Part shown: positions 37,700 to 49,055 of the stretch, piece by piece | How positions within the stretch are numbered: the stretch's first letter is position 1 | Layout: each line of letters starts with the position of its first letter | Assembly (NCBI GenBank): GCA_964270895.1 | Contig: OZ185437.1 | Source of the DNA: Podarcis filfolensis | Lineage: Eukaryota | DNA: 64,000 bases | Direction: 5' to 3' (one strand) | Program-made: the position numbers and the translations under genes | The notes under the pieces: model-generated | The model's database searches: none | Told to the model about the DNA's origin: nothing | Seen by the model: only the letters and a program-made list of their open reading frames with translations

Positions 37700-39700
37700 C
37701 TCTCCGCCTTACATTAAATACAGTGCATTAAACATTGCGGTAGAGGGGGTGGGTGGGAAATAATGGGTCGGTTGTTCGCCGCTGAGGGTTTTTGGTTTTT
37801 CCCCCCAGCCGGATTTGAAATAAGGTTCCGTTTGATATCTCCGCTGTCTGTGGAAAGGCACATTAAATTGAGTTCTGGTTTGCCGTGCGGGCATTTAAAC
37901 GCTCTCCATAGTTTAAGAGGAGAGTCTGAGCCGCAGCTACTCCCTCATGCCGCCTGCCCGGCCCATGATCCGCGAGCTTCGCCGCCATTGGCTGAGCCGC
38001 GCACGTCGCGGCCAATCAGCGCGCGCGGCTAAAGACGCCTCGGTTTTCCCGCGCTCACTGTCCCTCTTCTCTCTCCCTCTCTCCTCAGTTGTTTATGGAG
38101 CGGCGGGCCGGGGCCAGCACACCGCCTCTGCGCTTCTTCGGCTGCTCCCTGGGCGATGCTGCAGCCGCCACTACTACTGCCGCCGCCACCGCCGGCCCTG
38201 AGAGGACGTGGGCTGCTCGGCAGAGGCTGACCTGGGAGGAGGAGAAGGTGGCGGAGGAGGAGGAGGAAGAAGCGGACCCTTTACTATGGCCGTGTCCTGC
38301 TATACGCTCAACAGCCTAGTGGTCATGAAGAGCGGCGAGGAAGACGAGGAGAAGGGCGGCTGTGGAGGCGGCAGGAGCAAGACGCCGCCCGTCACGCGCA
38401 GGCAGGTGTTGCCTGCTCTGGTCCCGGGAACCGAGAGGCACAGCAGCTACTGCCCGCTGCCCGGGCGCTCCAGCGCTCCTGCTGCCGCCACCCCAGCTTT
38501 CCTGTTCCCGCCGGCGGAGCCGCTGCTGCTGCAGGCTGGGGGCGAGGAGGAGGCTGCGCCCCGCGGACCCCGCCGCCGGCTTAGCAGCCCCAGCTGGGCG
38601 AGCCCCCCTGGCCGCTCGCCTTCGCCCGGCTTGGAAGAGGCGCGCAGGACGGCGCGGCTCCTGCAGCGGCAGAACGTGCAAGTGACTCAGAAAGTGGGGC
38701 TCTTCGAGGCGCACATCCAGGCGCAGAGCTCCGCGGGCACCTTCCTCCTCAAGAGCCCCGGCGCGGGCAGGAGGAGGAGGTCGCCTTCGCCCAGCCCGGC
38801 TCGGGCCGCGCAAGTGCTTGGGCGCGCACCGGAGGCGGGGTCGAAGCAGCAGCAGCGGCGACAGGAGGAGGAGGAGGCGACCGTCGAGGGGCCGGAGAGC
38901 CCCCTGGCCCGGCTAGAGAACACGGCGAGGACGCCGGAGCAGGAGGCGGAGAAGAGAGACACGGGCTCTCCGGTTGCGCAAGGCGCGATGGAGACGGAGA
39001 ACGGACCCCTTCTCAGAGCCCAGCGCCCGGAGGAGGAGATGGGCGGCAGGAGAACTGGAGCGCAGGAGCCCAAAGAGTTGGAGAGCAAGTCGCCTCCGGC
39101 GCGCGTCTCCGAGGAGAGGGAGAAAGGGGACCCCTCGCCAAAGGCGCACCCTCGGGGCGCGATGGACAGGGCGAATGGGGCTTCCAGGACGCAGGAGGAG
39201 AGGAGGCCGGGGTCCGGTGGGGGGCAGGACTTGGAGAAGAGAAGCGGCTCCTCTGAATGCCAGGACTCCAGAGACGTGGTGAGCGCGAGGAGATGTCAAG
39301 GGGTGACGGGGAACGGGAGGCAACTCCTGGAAGACGATGCGCGGCGTGCCCGGGGGCCGCCCAAGGTGAGCGGGTCCCCCAAGGCGCCAGATTTCTTCGA
39401 AGGCGTGCAGGGGAGGAGCGGCTTTCGCGGAGGGCAGGGCTCCGACGCGACGGAGAAGCCCCTTGGAGAGCCGCTCCCGGCAGGAGACCCGCCTTGTGTT
39501 GCCAAGACTGACGGCGAGGAGGGTAGCAGCAGCAGCAGCAGCAGCAGCTGCTTGCTAGTTGTGGAGTGCTCGGCGAAGAAGCTGCCGTCGGCGCCCGAGC
39601 CTTCCCCAGACATTATGGCTGAAGCTAACGGAGCTGGGCTGCAAGAGCAGCAGCATCCTGGGGGGCAGCAGCCTCTGCCTGGGACCTCGGCAGCCCTAGA
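37700..39700. promoter_or_regulatory. CpG island over ITPKB exon 2 with a possible proximal promoter
   Basis: Very GC/CpG rich. ATTGG (~37987) and CCAAT (~38011) flank gcacgtcgc immediately upstream of the exon-2 acceptor. Confidence 0.7.
38089..38285 (+). other. ITPKB: 5' UTR part of ITPKB exon 2 (acceptor AG at 38087-38088)
   Basis: Branch-like CTCAC near 38054, long pyrimidine tract tccctcttctctctccctctctcctc, then AG. Confidence 0.8.
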
Positions 39701-39983
39701 GCAGCAGGAGCAGGGAAAGCCCCTGATGGAAGCTGAGAGTTGCTGCGGAGGAGGAAGCAGCATCCCTGCTGTCATAGTGACTGACCTGGGTGCTCAGGAG
39801 GAGGAAGAGGCAGGAGGAAGCCCCCGAAAGAACATGCCTGTCAGGAAGTTGTCTTCCTCCTCAGCCTCTTCCACTGGCTTTTCCTCATCCTGGGAAGAGT
39901 CTGAGGAAGACATCTCCAGCGATCCCGAGAGATCCTTGGACCAGAGCCCAGCCTTCCTGCAAACCCTGGATAAACCAAGAGTG
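38286..39983 (+). CDS. ITPKB: Inositol-trisphosphate 3-kinase B, first coding exon (N-terminal 566 aa; partial CDS, kinase-domain exons lie beyond the window)
   Basis: ATG at 38286 in strong context (actATGg). MAVSCYTLNSLVVM matches the recalled human N-terminus MAVYCYALNSLVIM. Further conserved blocks are FLFPPAE, SSPSWA, QNVQVTQKVGLFEAHIQAQSS, IPAVIVTDLG and RKLSSSSASSTGFSSSWEESEEDISSDPERSLD...AFLQTLDKPRV. A GTAAGT donor at 39984 follows KPRV; 1698 nt = 566 codons, phase 0. The track's GTG start at 38208 and its read-through into the intron are artefacts. Confidence 0.95.
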
Positions 39984-42511
39984 GTAAGTTCTGAGCAAAG
40001 CAAGTGTCAGGCAATAAGAGAGGTTTTTCAATAGCTTGCCTCTGCAGGTGATGGGTGTCTCCTCTGCCCCTTTTGGAAGGGAATCCTCTTAAAGAGGAAT
40101 AAGTTGTTCACTCACTTTTTGATCTGTTTCTGTTCTGGTGCTTATGATCGCTTTACTTTTACTTTTGCCTTCCCTTAATATTTCATGTGTTTGGCTCATT
40201 CCATCAAGTTTCATTCTGCTAAGAGTGAAATGAGATAACCCGCATCTTCACTCTAAGGAGTCACACGACTGATGTTTCCATTAGGTGTGTTCATCATTAT
40301 GTTGTGCGGGAAATCTGGAAAATGGAAACAGAGTTTGGTGGGGGAAAGGAACCAGAACAGGGTGGTAACACCTCATTTTGAGGGTAAATCCAGAGGTGCC
40401 AGAGGGCAGTGGGCAGCAGGGCTTCTTGCGGTATGACAGAGACTACCATACACTCAAAGTGGTTTGATTTAAACAAAGGTGATTTAAATTGTTTGAATTG
40501 TTAAGGAAAAAGAACAAATTAAAATGATTGATTTAAATGCAGTTTCTTATTTTGAAATTCCTGTAAATTTGCACAGGCATGCTTACTAACTGGTTACTAT
40601 AATAATTTAAATGTATTAGCTTTTAATTAAATAGAGCCTTTATGCATAGCTGAGTCAAGAGACACATTTCTCTTTGGCACTCTCTTTACACATTCAAGAA
40701 TATTAAACAACATCTCTTACTTGATGGCTAAGTAAGAGTATATTTATTTGGAAGGAAGCCCCACTGAAGAAAGTGGAACTTCTGAAAAAATATTGCACAG
40801 AATTTCACTTTGAAGTATTGAGACCATAAGGGCTATTATCTATTGAGCAAAATAGTGTTTATTAATGTGATTGAGAGAAATGTCCATGGCATTTGGTTAG
40901 TAGGCTCATAAATATTCATAACATGAGAACTGAACATATTGCAGAACTCAGGAAGTTGAAGGGTTTAATTAGGAGTACATGATCACCCATATGGGCTCTG
41001 TGGATGATCCTGGCAGTATACAAGATGGCATCTTTTGGATCCTAGTACCAGTGACGGCTTGTTAGACGCTGGGTCCAGGAGGAAATCAGCAATAATAAAT
41101 TCAATACATGCTTCCCTTGTGTCATTTATAATGCTTAGCATTATAACTGAAATAGTTTCACCCAGTGCTATTTTTTACACAAACCTTTCATTAACTCTGT
41201 TTGATAGATGGCCATAATTAGGTTTTAAGATATTTTAAGATACTTTAACATGTTTGTTTATATAGGAGAGACAACTATAATTAATTACTTCTGAAATAAA
41301 AAAAAACCCTATTGTTTGAATTTTCAAAAATAGGATTTTCATTTAAAAAGACATACACACCTTCCATTTAAATCTCCCCAGCACACACAGGACACTTACT
41401 TCAGTATGATCAAATTAGTTTCATATGAATCCCACAACAGTGACTGCAGTTGTTGACTGGAAATACAGACGGGGTGTTGGTGGGGATGCATTTTTTTGCA
41501 CCCGTCCTGATGGTTTTCAGATTCTTGTGGGCCTCTGAGTCCAAGTGTCCAGCTGCCCATAATTGAATTCCATATGGATTTCCAACCTAAGATGAGGGCA
41601 GAAAGTCATCTCACAGTGGGAAAAATAGTTCAGGGCATTTGTTAGAGCTGAGAGAGCTTCAGCTGTTAACACTTGTCCCAGATGATTAGGAAAAAATCAT
41701 TATTTGTCATCTTCTTAAAAAGCCAAACTTTCTAGCTTGCCAGACTCTTCTGTTTCATTGCTAAGACCCCTTCAGCTGTTATTAATCAGGAATGCTTCAT
41801 GCTTTTATTCTCAAGTAAAAGACAAAGCAAGTACCATGCTCCCTCTGTCTGACTTAGCTGTTTGCACAGAAGTCATAGCCACTCATAACCTGAAAATTGT
41901 TTGACTATAAGAGAAGTTCCATACAGACTTCAAGAAGTATCTGAAAGGGAGAAAATAATGTTTTTGACACATTTACCTAACCGAACTAATGTCTTCATCT
42001 TCAAATGTGTTCAAGGGCAACATCCACAAGCTTAGCAAATATATGGTAGTCTGTTGATTTTAAGGATTCTATTACAATATTTTAGCAAACCTATCATTTA
42101 ACTATATTAAATCATACTCGTGTCCGTCTTTATAGACATGCATAAGATGAGCAGATTGTTCATAAATCATTATTATTATTGTTATTGTTATTATTTAAAC
42201 TTAGTAGTTGCTTGTCACCCAAACAGTCTGCAAATGAATTACATTTTTAAAAATACATAAATATCACAGAAAAGGTGGAGGAATCATATAACACATTCAT
42301 ATTCCATACAACATTTTGGAAAAAGGAAAAAACTAAAACACCCACTTCCCATAACAGTGATGGAAAACATTGGCAACACCTTAACAATAAACCAAAAAAT
42401 ACTCCAATCCACCAGCATAAAAAAATTAAAGCTCAACATGGACACCTCCCTCCCTAGTCCAAAAATCATTCATGTCAACATTGTGATTTTTATATCTACC
42501 CACTGTACCCA

Positions 42512-42563
42512 GAATTCTAGGGTCAAGGCCAGCTGCTGAATTCTAGGGTCAAGGCCAGCTGCT
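42512..42563. repeat. Perfect 26-bp tandem duplication
   Basis: gaattctagggtcaaggccagctgct x2. Confidence 0.95.
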
Positions 42564-42589
42564 GTATGTCAGTGCAGGGTGGGTCCTCC

Positions 42590-43340
42590 AGGAATGGTCT
42601 TCATCAAGTTTCTTGATCATTGTCAATTGAGGCTCAGGTGGCCCCTGTGGCTAGGAGTGCCTTTTATCAGCACTGACAGGTATGTTACCTGTGGCCATTC
42701 CTGAACAGGGATAACCTGACTACTGTAGTTCATGCATTGGTAACCTCAAGACTGGACTATTGCAGTGTGCTCCATATGGTGCTGCCTTTGGTAGCCTCTG
42801 CTGGTCCAGAAGCTTCAAGTAGTGCAGAATGCTGCGGCTAGACTAGTGACAGGCATACATGATGCCAATGTTAAAAAGCCCATACTACTTTCCCATCCAC
42901 TACTGAGCCAGGTTCAAGATTCTTCTACTAGTGTAGAATAACTTAGACGCAGGATACCTTAAGGATTACATCACCCTTCACACCCCAAGTCAATCGCTGA
43001 GATCGTTGGGGAGAGCAGTGTTAGTGGTTTCCCATGGGTCAGAAGCACGAATCGTATAAATGAGCAATTGGGCCTTCAGTGTTGCGGAACTCCCTCCTAC
43101 AAGAAGTTAGACAGGGACCGTCTCTGCTGAGTTTCAGATACCTAGCCAAGATTTTTATTTCAAGAGGCCATTGCACCCTGAATGCTTCTTAGATGTTTTT
43201 CTTTGTTTTAAAAAATATTTTAGATTTTTAACTTCTGGTGGTTTAAGTTATGCTTTAAATTTTGTATGTTGTATATTTTATTGTTGTAAGCCCCTTTGGG
43301 ACTAGATGGTGAAAAAGCAGGATATAGTTTCTTAAATAAA
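42590..43340 (+). mobile_element. L2 LINE 3' fragment
   Basis: catgcattggtaacctcaagactggactattgc (HALVTSRLDYC) and cttcaagtagtgcagaatgctgcggctaga (LQVVQNAAAR). Confidence 0.85.
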
Positions 43341-44031
43341 ATAGATATAAACAAAATATCAATGGAAAATAGACAGTTTAGTGTTGGTGTGATGCAAAGG
43401 AGCAAATGGCAATAATTGTTAGGCTTATGACCTCCTAGGTTAAAGACCAACAACTGTATTGTGGTGCAAGATTTCATGGGCTAAAGCCCACTTCGTTAGA
43501 GCAGACTTCAGTATGTGACAGCTCATAACAAAATATGTTTGTTAATTATTAAGGGTCCACAATACTTGTTTTTGTTGCAACTAATTTTACTGTAATTTAC
43601 CTCTTAGCTTAGCTGCAGTTGTTGGGTAGTAAATTGCCTAATATGTGCTTATTGTAAAATATGAATACATGCTGTGTGAGATTTCTCCAAATATTGAGGA
43701 AAGATTCCCCTGGACCCCCTTGATCTTGTCAAGTGTTGGAATAATTTCAGAAATGCATTGTGGCACAATAACTTTTGTGTGTGGGAATTTGTGATTATAG
43801 CAGCATTAAGGTATTCAACTCTCTTCCTTTCTTCGTGCTTTAATTATTGGTCCAGCCACATTGTGCAAGATTGGCTGATTATCTGATATTTTTCTGATAA
43901 ACAACAAGGACTAACTGCCAGTACTTGAACAACAGCAAGAAGAAGGCTATCTTTTTATCAGTGTCAGAAGGTAGGATTTCTTACCCTTATATTCTGGGCA
44001 AGGCAAGGACATAAGGAAGATTAGTCTAGTA

Positions 44032-44418
44032 AAATGGTAAAGGTAAAGGACCCCTGACAGTTAAGTCCAGTCGCAGACGACTCTGGGGTTGCGGCGCTCA
44101 TCTCGTTTTACAGGCTGAGGGAGCTGGCGTTTGTCCGCAGACAGTTTTTCCGGGTCATGTGGCCAGCACGACTAAGCCACTTCTGGTGCAACAGAACACC
44201 AAAACCAGAGCAGCGCATGGAAACACCATTTACCTTCCCGCCAGAGTGGTCCCTGTTTATCTACTTGCACTTTTTGGCGTCCTTTCAAACTGCTAGGTTG
44301 GCAGGAGCTGGGACAGAGCAACGGGGCTCACACTGTCACAGGGATTCGAACCACCAACCTTCCGATTGGCAAGCCCAAGAGGCTCAGTGGTTTAGACCAC
44401 AGCGCCACCCGTGTCCCT
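44032..44418 (-). mobile_element. Sauria SINE
   Basis: Reverse-complement match. TSD attagtctagta at 44020-44031 and 44419-44430. Confidence 0.92.
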
Positions 44419-46472
44419 ATTAGTCTAGTACCTTGACTATTTTGTCCTTAGAGAGTGGGACCCCCCCCTTATGGTGCATGGAATGGGCAGAGAGATTGTT
44501 CGTAAGGAGACACTGGGAAGGGGCAAGTTAACACTAGGAAGTAAGCTGGTTTGCAGGTTTCCTTCGTTCAAGAACAAGGTTTCACTAGATTAACCCACCT
44601 CATCTAGCATCCTCTTCAGCTTCCTGATTAGTCAAAAGAGCAGCAGGACTCATTCATGAAATAAAGAATTCATGGATATCTTGACCTTGTTCCTGCCCAT
44701 TGAAAATGTATAAGGGAGTGAGTATCTGAATACAGGTAACTTGCAACTTAAGCACGTTTAACATGTGTTATTTCAATTGTACATGGTTCACGGCTAGCCA
44801 GTTGAAATCACAGAAATTAAATGTATGGAAGGTGAAGAGCTTAAAACTTCTCTTTGTTCAGGGTTTTCCTGGCCTGGAAAGAGTTTTTAATAATCTCTCT
44901 ACCTTGCTTGGGCTGCTGCTGGTAAGACCCATTCAACGTGCCAGCTCTGAAAGGTAGGACTGCTCATGTGGAGACAATTTTGTGTCCTCCAGGGGGTGGT
45001 TTGAGTATACACATTTTTGCGTATATGCAGCACCCTGAGAGCATAACCCCCACATATGGGGCAAGTTACCTGTATGTGCAAATGCAATCCTGCGGGTCTC
45101 TCCTGTGACAGTCTGAATGCAAGTGTGGGCACATATTTATTGGCATATGCATGTACACACACACACACACTTTATGAGCTCTCTTAATGTTAGATTTTGT
45201 TGAAGTGAGTACAACAGGAGAGAAATCATAAAATCTGACTGCAAGCCAAACTGACAATATATGACAAAATGCATCTTGAGCATACAGCTCTGTATACAAT
45301 TGACAGCAAACAATGTTTCAGTAGTTCAAACCTGGCAGCCCAAATGCAGCCTATTAATTCCATGTAATCCTGCTACCTTGAATGACCAAACTGACCCCAA
45401 CCTTACAATATGTTCTGCCCCCTCCAGGGACCTTGTGCATTCCCAATAGTTCTGAAGTTGCAAACATGTCTTATTTGCGTTTGTGTTATTTCCAAAGGGA
45501 ACATACATATATTTAATACAGCACTTCTGTCCTGAAAGGGCCTTTATGTAACTTGAAACCTTACCATCACGGTCTGCTTGTAATCTAGTTAAGTATCTGT
45601 TTCAGCTAACTTCATGTATCTTGATCCTGAAAGGTTGAAGACATGGCAGCATGAACAACATTCGCAAAGCAGCAACCTATTTTTTATCAGTTTCTGGCTT
45701 GTGGCTTGGAAGTTTGTTGCCAGCCTTTTAACAACTCTTTTGTCAAAATGTGTTTATATTTTATTTTATTCTGTGAGATCTTTTAGTCTACTAAAACTTT
45801 GGAAATCACACTGTTCTCCATTCTAACCCTGGAGGAAAATTTGTTTGTTATTCTACTTTGGGGTAGGCTACTACCTACACAGGAGAGGTGGTGATATGCA
45901 TTAGGAAAATACCTTTCTGGGATGTACACTTAAGTGCTCAGTCAACAGAAGGCTTGCTCTGACCTTTTTCTGAGGCCGTATACTGCCTGATTAAGGAACC
46001 TTTCAGGAACATCCGGTTGTCTATACTAACTCCTGGATGTTCTCTCTGGGGAAGACCTTGTGTTGACATTTCAACACAGTATCACCTAAAGCTATTTTGT
46101 TTTCCACAGCACCAAGTGTCTTAGCTAGGCAAGTATCTCGGATAAAAGGCGATGTATAGTTGATCTCCCTGCCCCCAACTTTAGCTTGATATCCTCAAGC
46201 CCTGAAGAAGATGCCATTTTTGCTGCTGTACTGTGAGAGACAATACATGATTAAATCAGTCTAGTATTTCGTAGCCACCTCTGAAGTTGTTCAGCCCAAC
46301 CATACTCATATAAAAACTGGTATGCAGCTGCTACGTTACTCCTGCATAACAATCCTGTAGCATTGACTGTAGTTATTGTCATTTTGTTGAAATGGAGAAG
46401 GAACACAGAAGGCTGTCTTATGCTGAATCAGTCCATTGGCCCTTCAAGTTTAGCATTGTCTACACTGGCTGG

Positions 46473-46805
46473 TTAAACCACAGAGCCTAGGACTTGCCGA
46501 TCAGAAGGTCGGCGGTTTGAATCCCTGCGACGGGTTGAGCTCCTGTTGCTCGGTCCCTGCTCCTGCCAACCTAGCAGTTCGAAAGCATGTCAAAGTGCAA
46601 GTAGATAAATAGGTACCGCTCCGGTGGGAAGTTAAACGGCGTTTCCGTGCGCTGCTCTGGTTCGCCAGAAGCGGCTTAGTCCTGCTGGCCACATGACCCA
46701 GAAGCTGTACGCCGGCTCCCTCGGCCAATAAAGCGAGATGAGCGCCGCAACCCAAGAGTTGGTCACAACTGGACCTAATGGTCAGGGGTCCCTTTACCTT
46801 TACTT
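46473..46805 (+). mobile_element. Sauria SINE, 5'-truncated, inserted in an older tRNA-derived SINE
   Basis: TSD tacactggctgg at 46461-46472 and 46806-46817. The flanks (~46400-46460 and ~46806-46920) are two halves of another SINE family. Confidence 0.92.
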
Positions 46806-48336
46806 TACACTGGCTGGCAGTGGCTTTCCACAGGGTTTCAGACGGGGGATATTCCTGGCCCCTCCTTGGAGATGCCAGGGATTTAACCTGGGGCTATTTG
46901 CATGAAAGGGAAACCTGTTGAGCTCAAATGTTTGTGTTGCACACCACTTTGCTTCAATAGGGAAGCAGTCTAGAGATCTAAAAGTGGGTGGAAGGATACA
47001 CAAACGGCAATCCGGCATTGTGGAAAGTCACAGCGTCATCTTGTTGTGGAAACTTGAAATATGCTCCAAAGCACATAAGCATAGGAAAGGGCATGTTGTA
47101 ACAGTTATTCCAAAGGAAGAGGAGGCGAATCAGAGTGATGAGCTTGACATCTTTGACAGGCTTGGCTGCTTATACCGTCTGGCCAGAGTGTGGGGCTTTA
47201 CTAAATCTGTGTTTTGCATGCTGGAGAGGAATATATTCAGCTCCGAAAGGATGGAGGACAGAGTGATCCATGAATGTAATACATCAGTGGTGTTGCTTAG
47301 TGCAATTGTCTGGAGGAAGCCCTTGAGGCTGACTACATGGTGTACCTGTCATGCATGAGTCATCATAAATGTGTTCTAATATTATAATGTTGTATGCCCA
47401 GGCATGGAGAACCCTTTTAGAGCCAAAGGCCCCATTACTCCTCTGGAACACTGTCAGGGTTACATTCCAGAACCACAAAGAATCAACAGAGAGAGACAGA
47501 ATCACACATGTTAACCCTTTACTCCACCCAGCCTTTCCATCCTGCTCAGCTGTCTCTTGATTAGACACTTCCAAATCCCTTGAACTATCAATTGTACCAC
47601 ATTAGTTGCCAACACTGGAAGTTAATTCCTATTATATGGTGCTTTATGAATATCTGTTCCATCTTTTCTAGGTATTGTAGGAAAGCTCACTTCTATTTCA
47701 TTGCTATAAGACCAGATCGGATTGTTATTGTTGCTTTAGCTTTTTGCATTTCTGCTGCTTTTTGCCTTGTAGCATTGAATCCAGTTCTCATCCCCTTACT
47801 GATTAGATGTTTTATGTTGTATAGAGGCTGCAACGTTATAGGCTGTGACACAGCAAGCCTTATATGGAGTAGGGCTCGGACAACAATGCAGATTTATGGT
47901 GATGAAGGTAATAGGTTTCTTATTTAGTTAGCATGTATTTTTTTACCTTGCTCATCAGCTGAAAAGCTTGCAGATCAATAAAAAGAAAACAAGATCATCC
48001 CTGGCCTTGGAGTTACGATTTAAAAGGCATGACACAAAAAGAACAAGGGGTTCAGAGGGAGGAAAAAGCAAACTGAGTCACTAGTTCTGAAGTTCTAAGG
48101 ATGACTAATTTAGATGGAAACAGTTCAGGTAGTCTGATGGAACAACTATTGCTAGGTGATAGATGAGGGAGAAAAAGGACCAAAGGCAGCTGGTGACTCA
48201 GCAGAGCCGATGAAATAGCTCTGCTTCTCACCCCTCCCTCTTCTGCAGCCTGATGGAATGGCTGTTAGGGAGCAGGCATTACATATGCAAGGTACTAAGT
48301 TCTATTTGGTGTATTGTAAGCATTCCTGTGCACTAG

Positions 48337-49055
48337 AAGTTGGGGTTCACCCTATAAAGTCGATTGCCTGTAGGTTCAGGGCAGAGAAGTACTTTTTCTA
48401 CATAGCACATGGTTAGACAAATGATGGAACTCCCTGGCACAAGATATGTTGATGAAGTGCAGCTTAGAGCAAGCAGTAGGCAAGGAGAATAGGCCTATCT
48501 ATCCATCCATAAAGGTAAAGGTAAAGGTACCCCTGCCCGTACGGGCCAGTTGTGTCCGACTCTAGGGTTGTGCGCTCATCTCACTTAAGAGGCCGGGAGC
48601 CAGCGCTGTCCGGAGACAACTTCCGGGTCACATGGCCAGTGTGACGAAGCTGCTCTGGTGAGCCAGCACCAGCGCAGCACACGGAAACGCCGTTTACCTT
48701 CCCGCTATAAAGCGGTACCTATTTATCTACTTGCACTTAGGGGTGCTTTCGAACTGCTAGGTGGGCAGGAGCTGGGACCGAAAGACGGGAGCTCACCCCG
48801 CCGCAGGGATTCGAACCGCCGACCATACGATTGGCAAGTCCTAGGCACTGAGGTTTTACCCACAGCGCCACCCGTGTCCCAAGTTGGGGTTCACCCTATA
48901 AAGTTGATTGCCTGTAGGTTCAGGACAGAGAAGTACTTTTTCTACATAGCACATGGTTAGACAAATGATGGAAATCCCTGGCACAAGATATGTTGATGTA
49001 GTGTAGCTTAGAGCAAGCAGTAGGCAAGGAGAATAGGCCTATCTATCCATCCATA
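48337..49055 (+). repeat. 175-bp direct repeat (48337-48511 and 48881-49055)
   Basis: Constant offset of 544, no indels, 5 substitutions. Confidence 0.95.
48512..48880 (-). mobile_element. Sauria SINE (divergent subfamily) flanked by 175-bp direct repeats
   Basis: Reverse-complement head ...agcgccacccgtgtccc and tail aaggtaaaggtaaagg. Flanks 48337-48511 and 48881-49055 are 170/175 identical by manual comparison. Confidence 0.92.

Noticed and set aside
38316-40003. Long antisense and alternate-frame ORFs over ITPKB exon 2 (100-165 aa)
   Set aside because: Expected from stop-codon scarcity in very GC-rich coding DNA; no recognisable protein.
38208-40034. 608-aa ORF as a complete single-exon protein
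   Set aside because: It starts at a GTG upstream of the conserved ATG and reads through the GTAAGT donor at 39984; it lacks the kinase domain, which lies in later exons.
32467-44418. Back-splicing (circRNA) of ITPKB exon 2 driven by inverted repeats
   Set aside because: No inverted repeat pair found across introns 1 and 2; intron 1 lacks Sauria SINEs and the L2 fragments on both sides share orientation.
46918-47358. 146-aa intronic ORF
   Set aside because: Begins in a SINE remnant, has no recognisable domain and no clear splice context.
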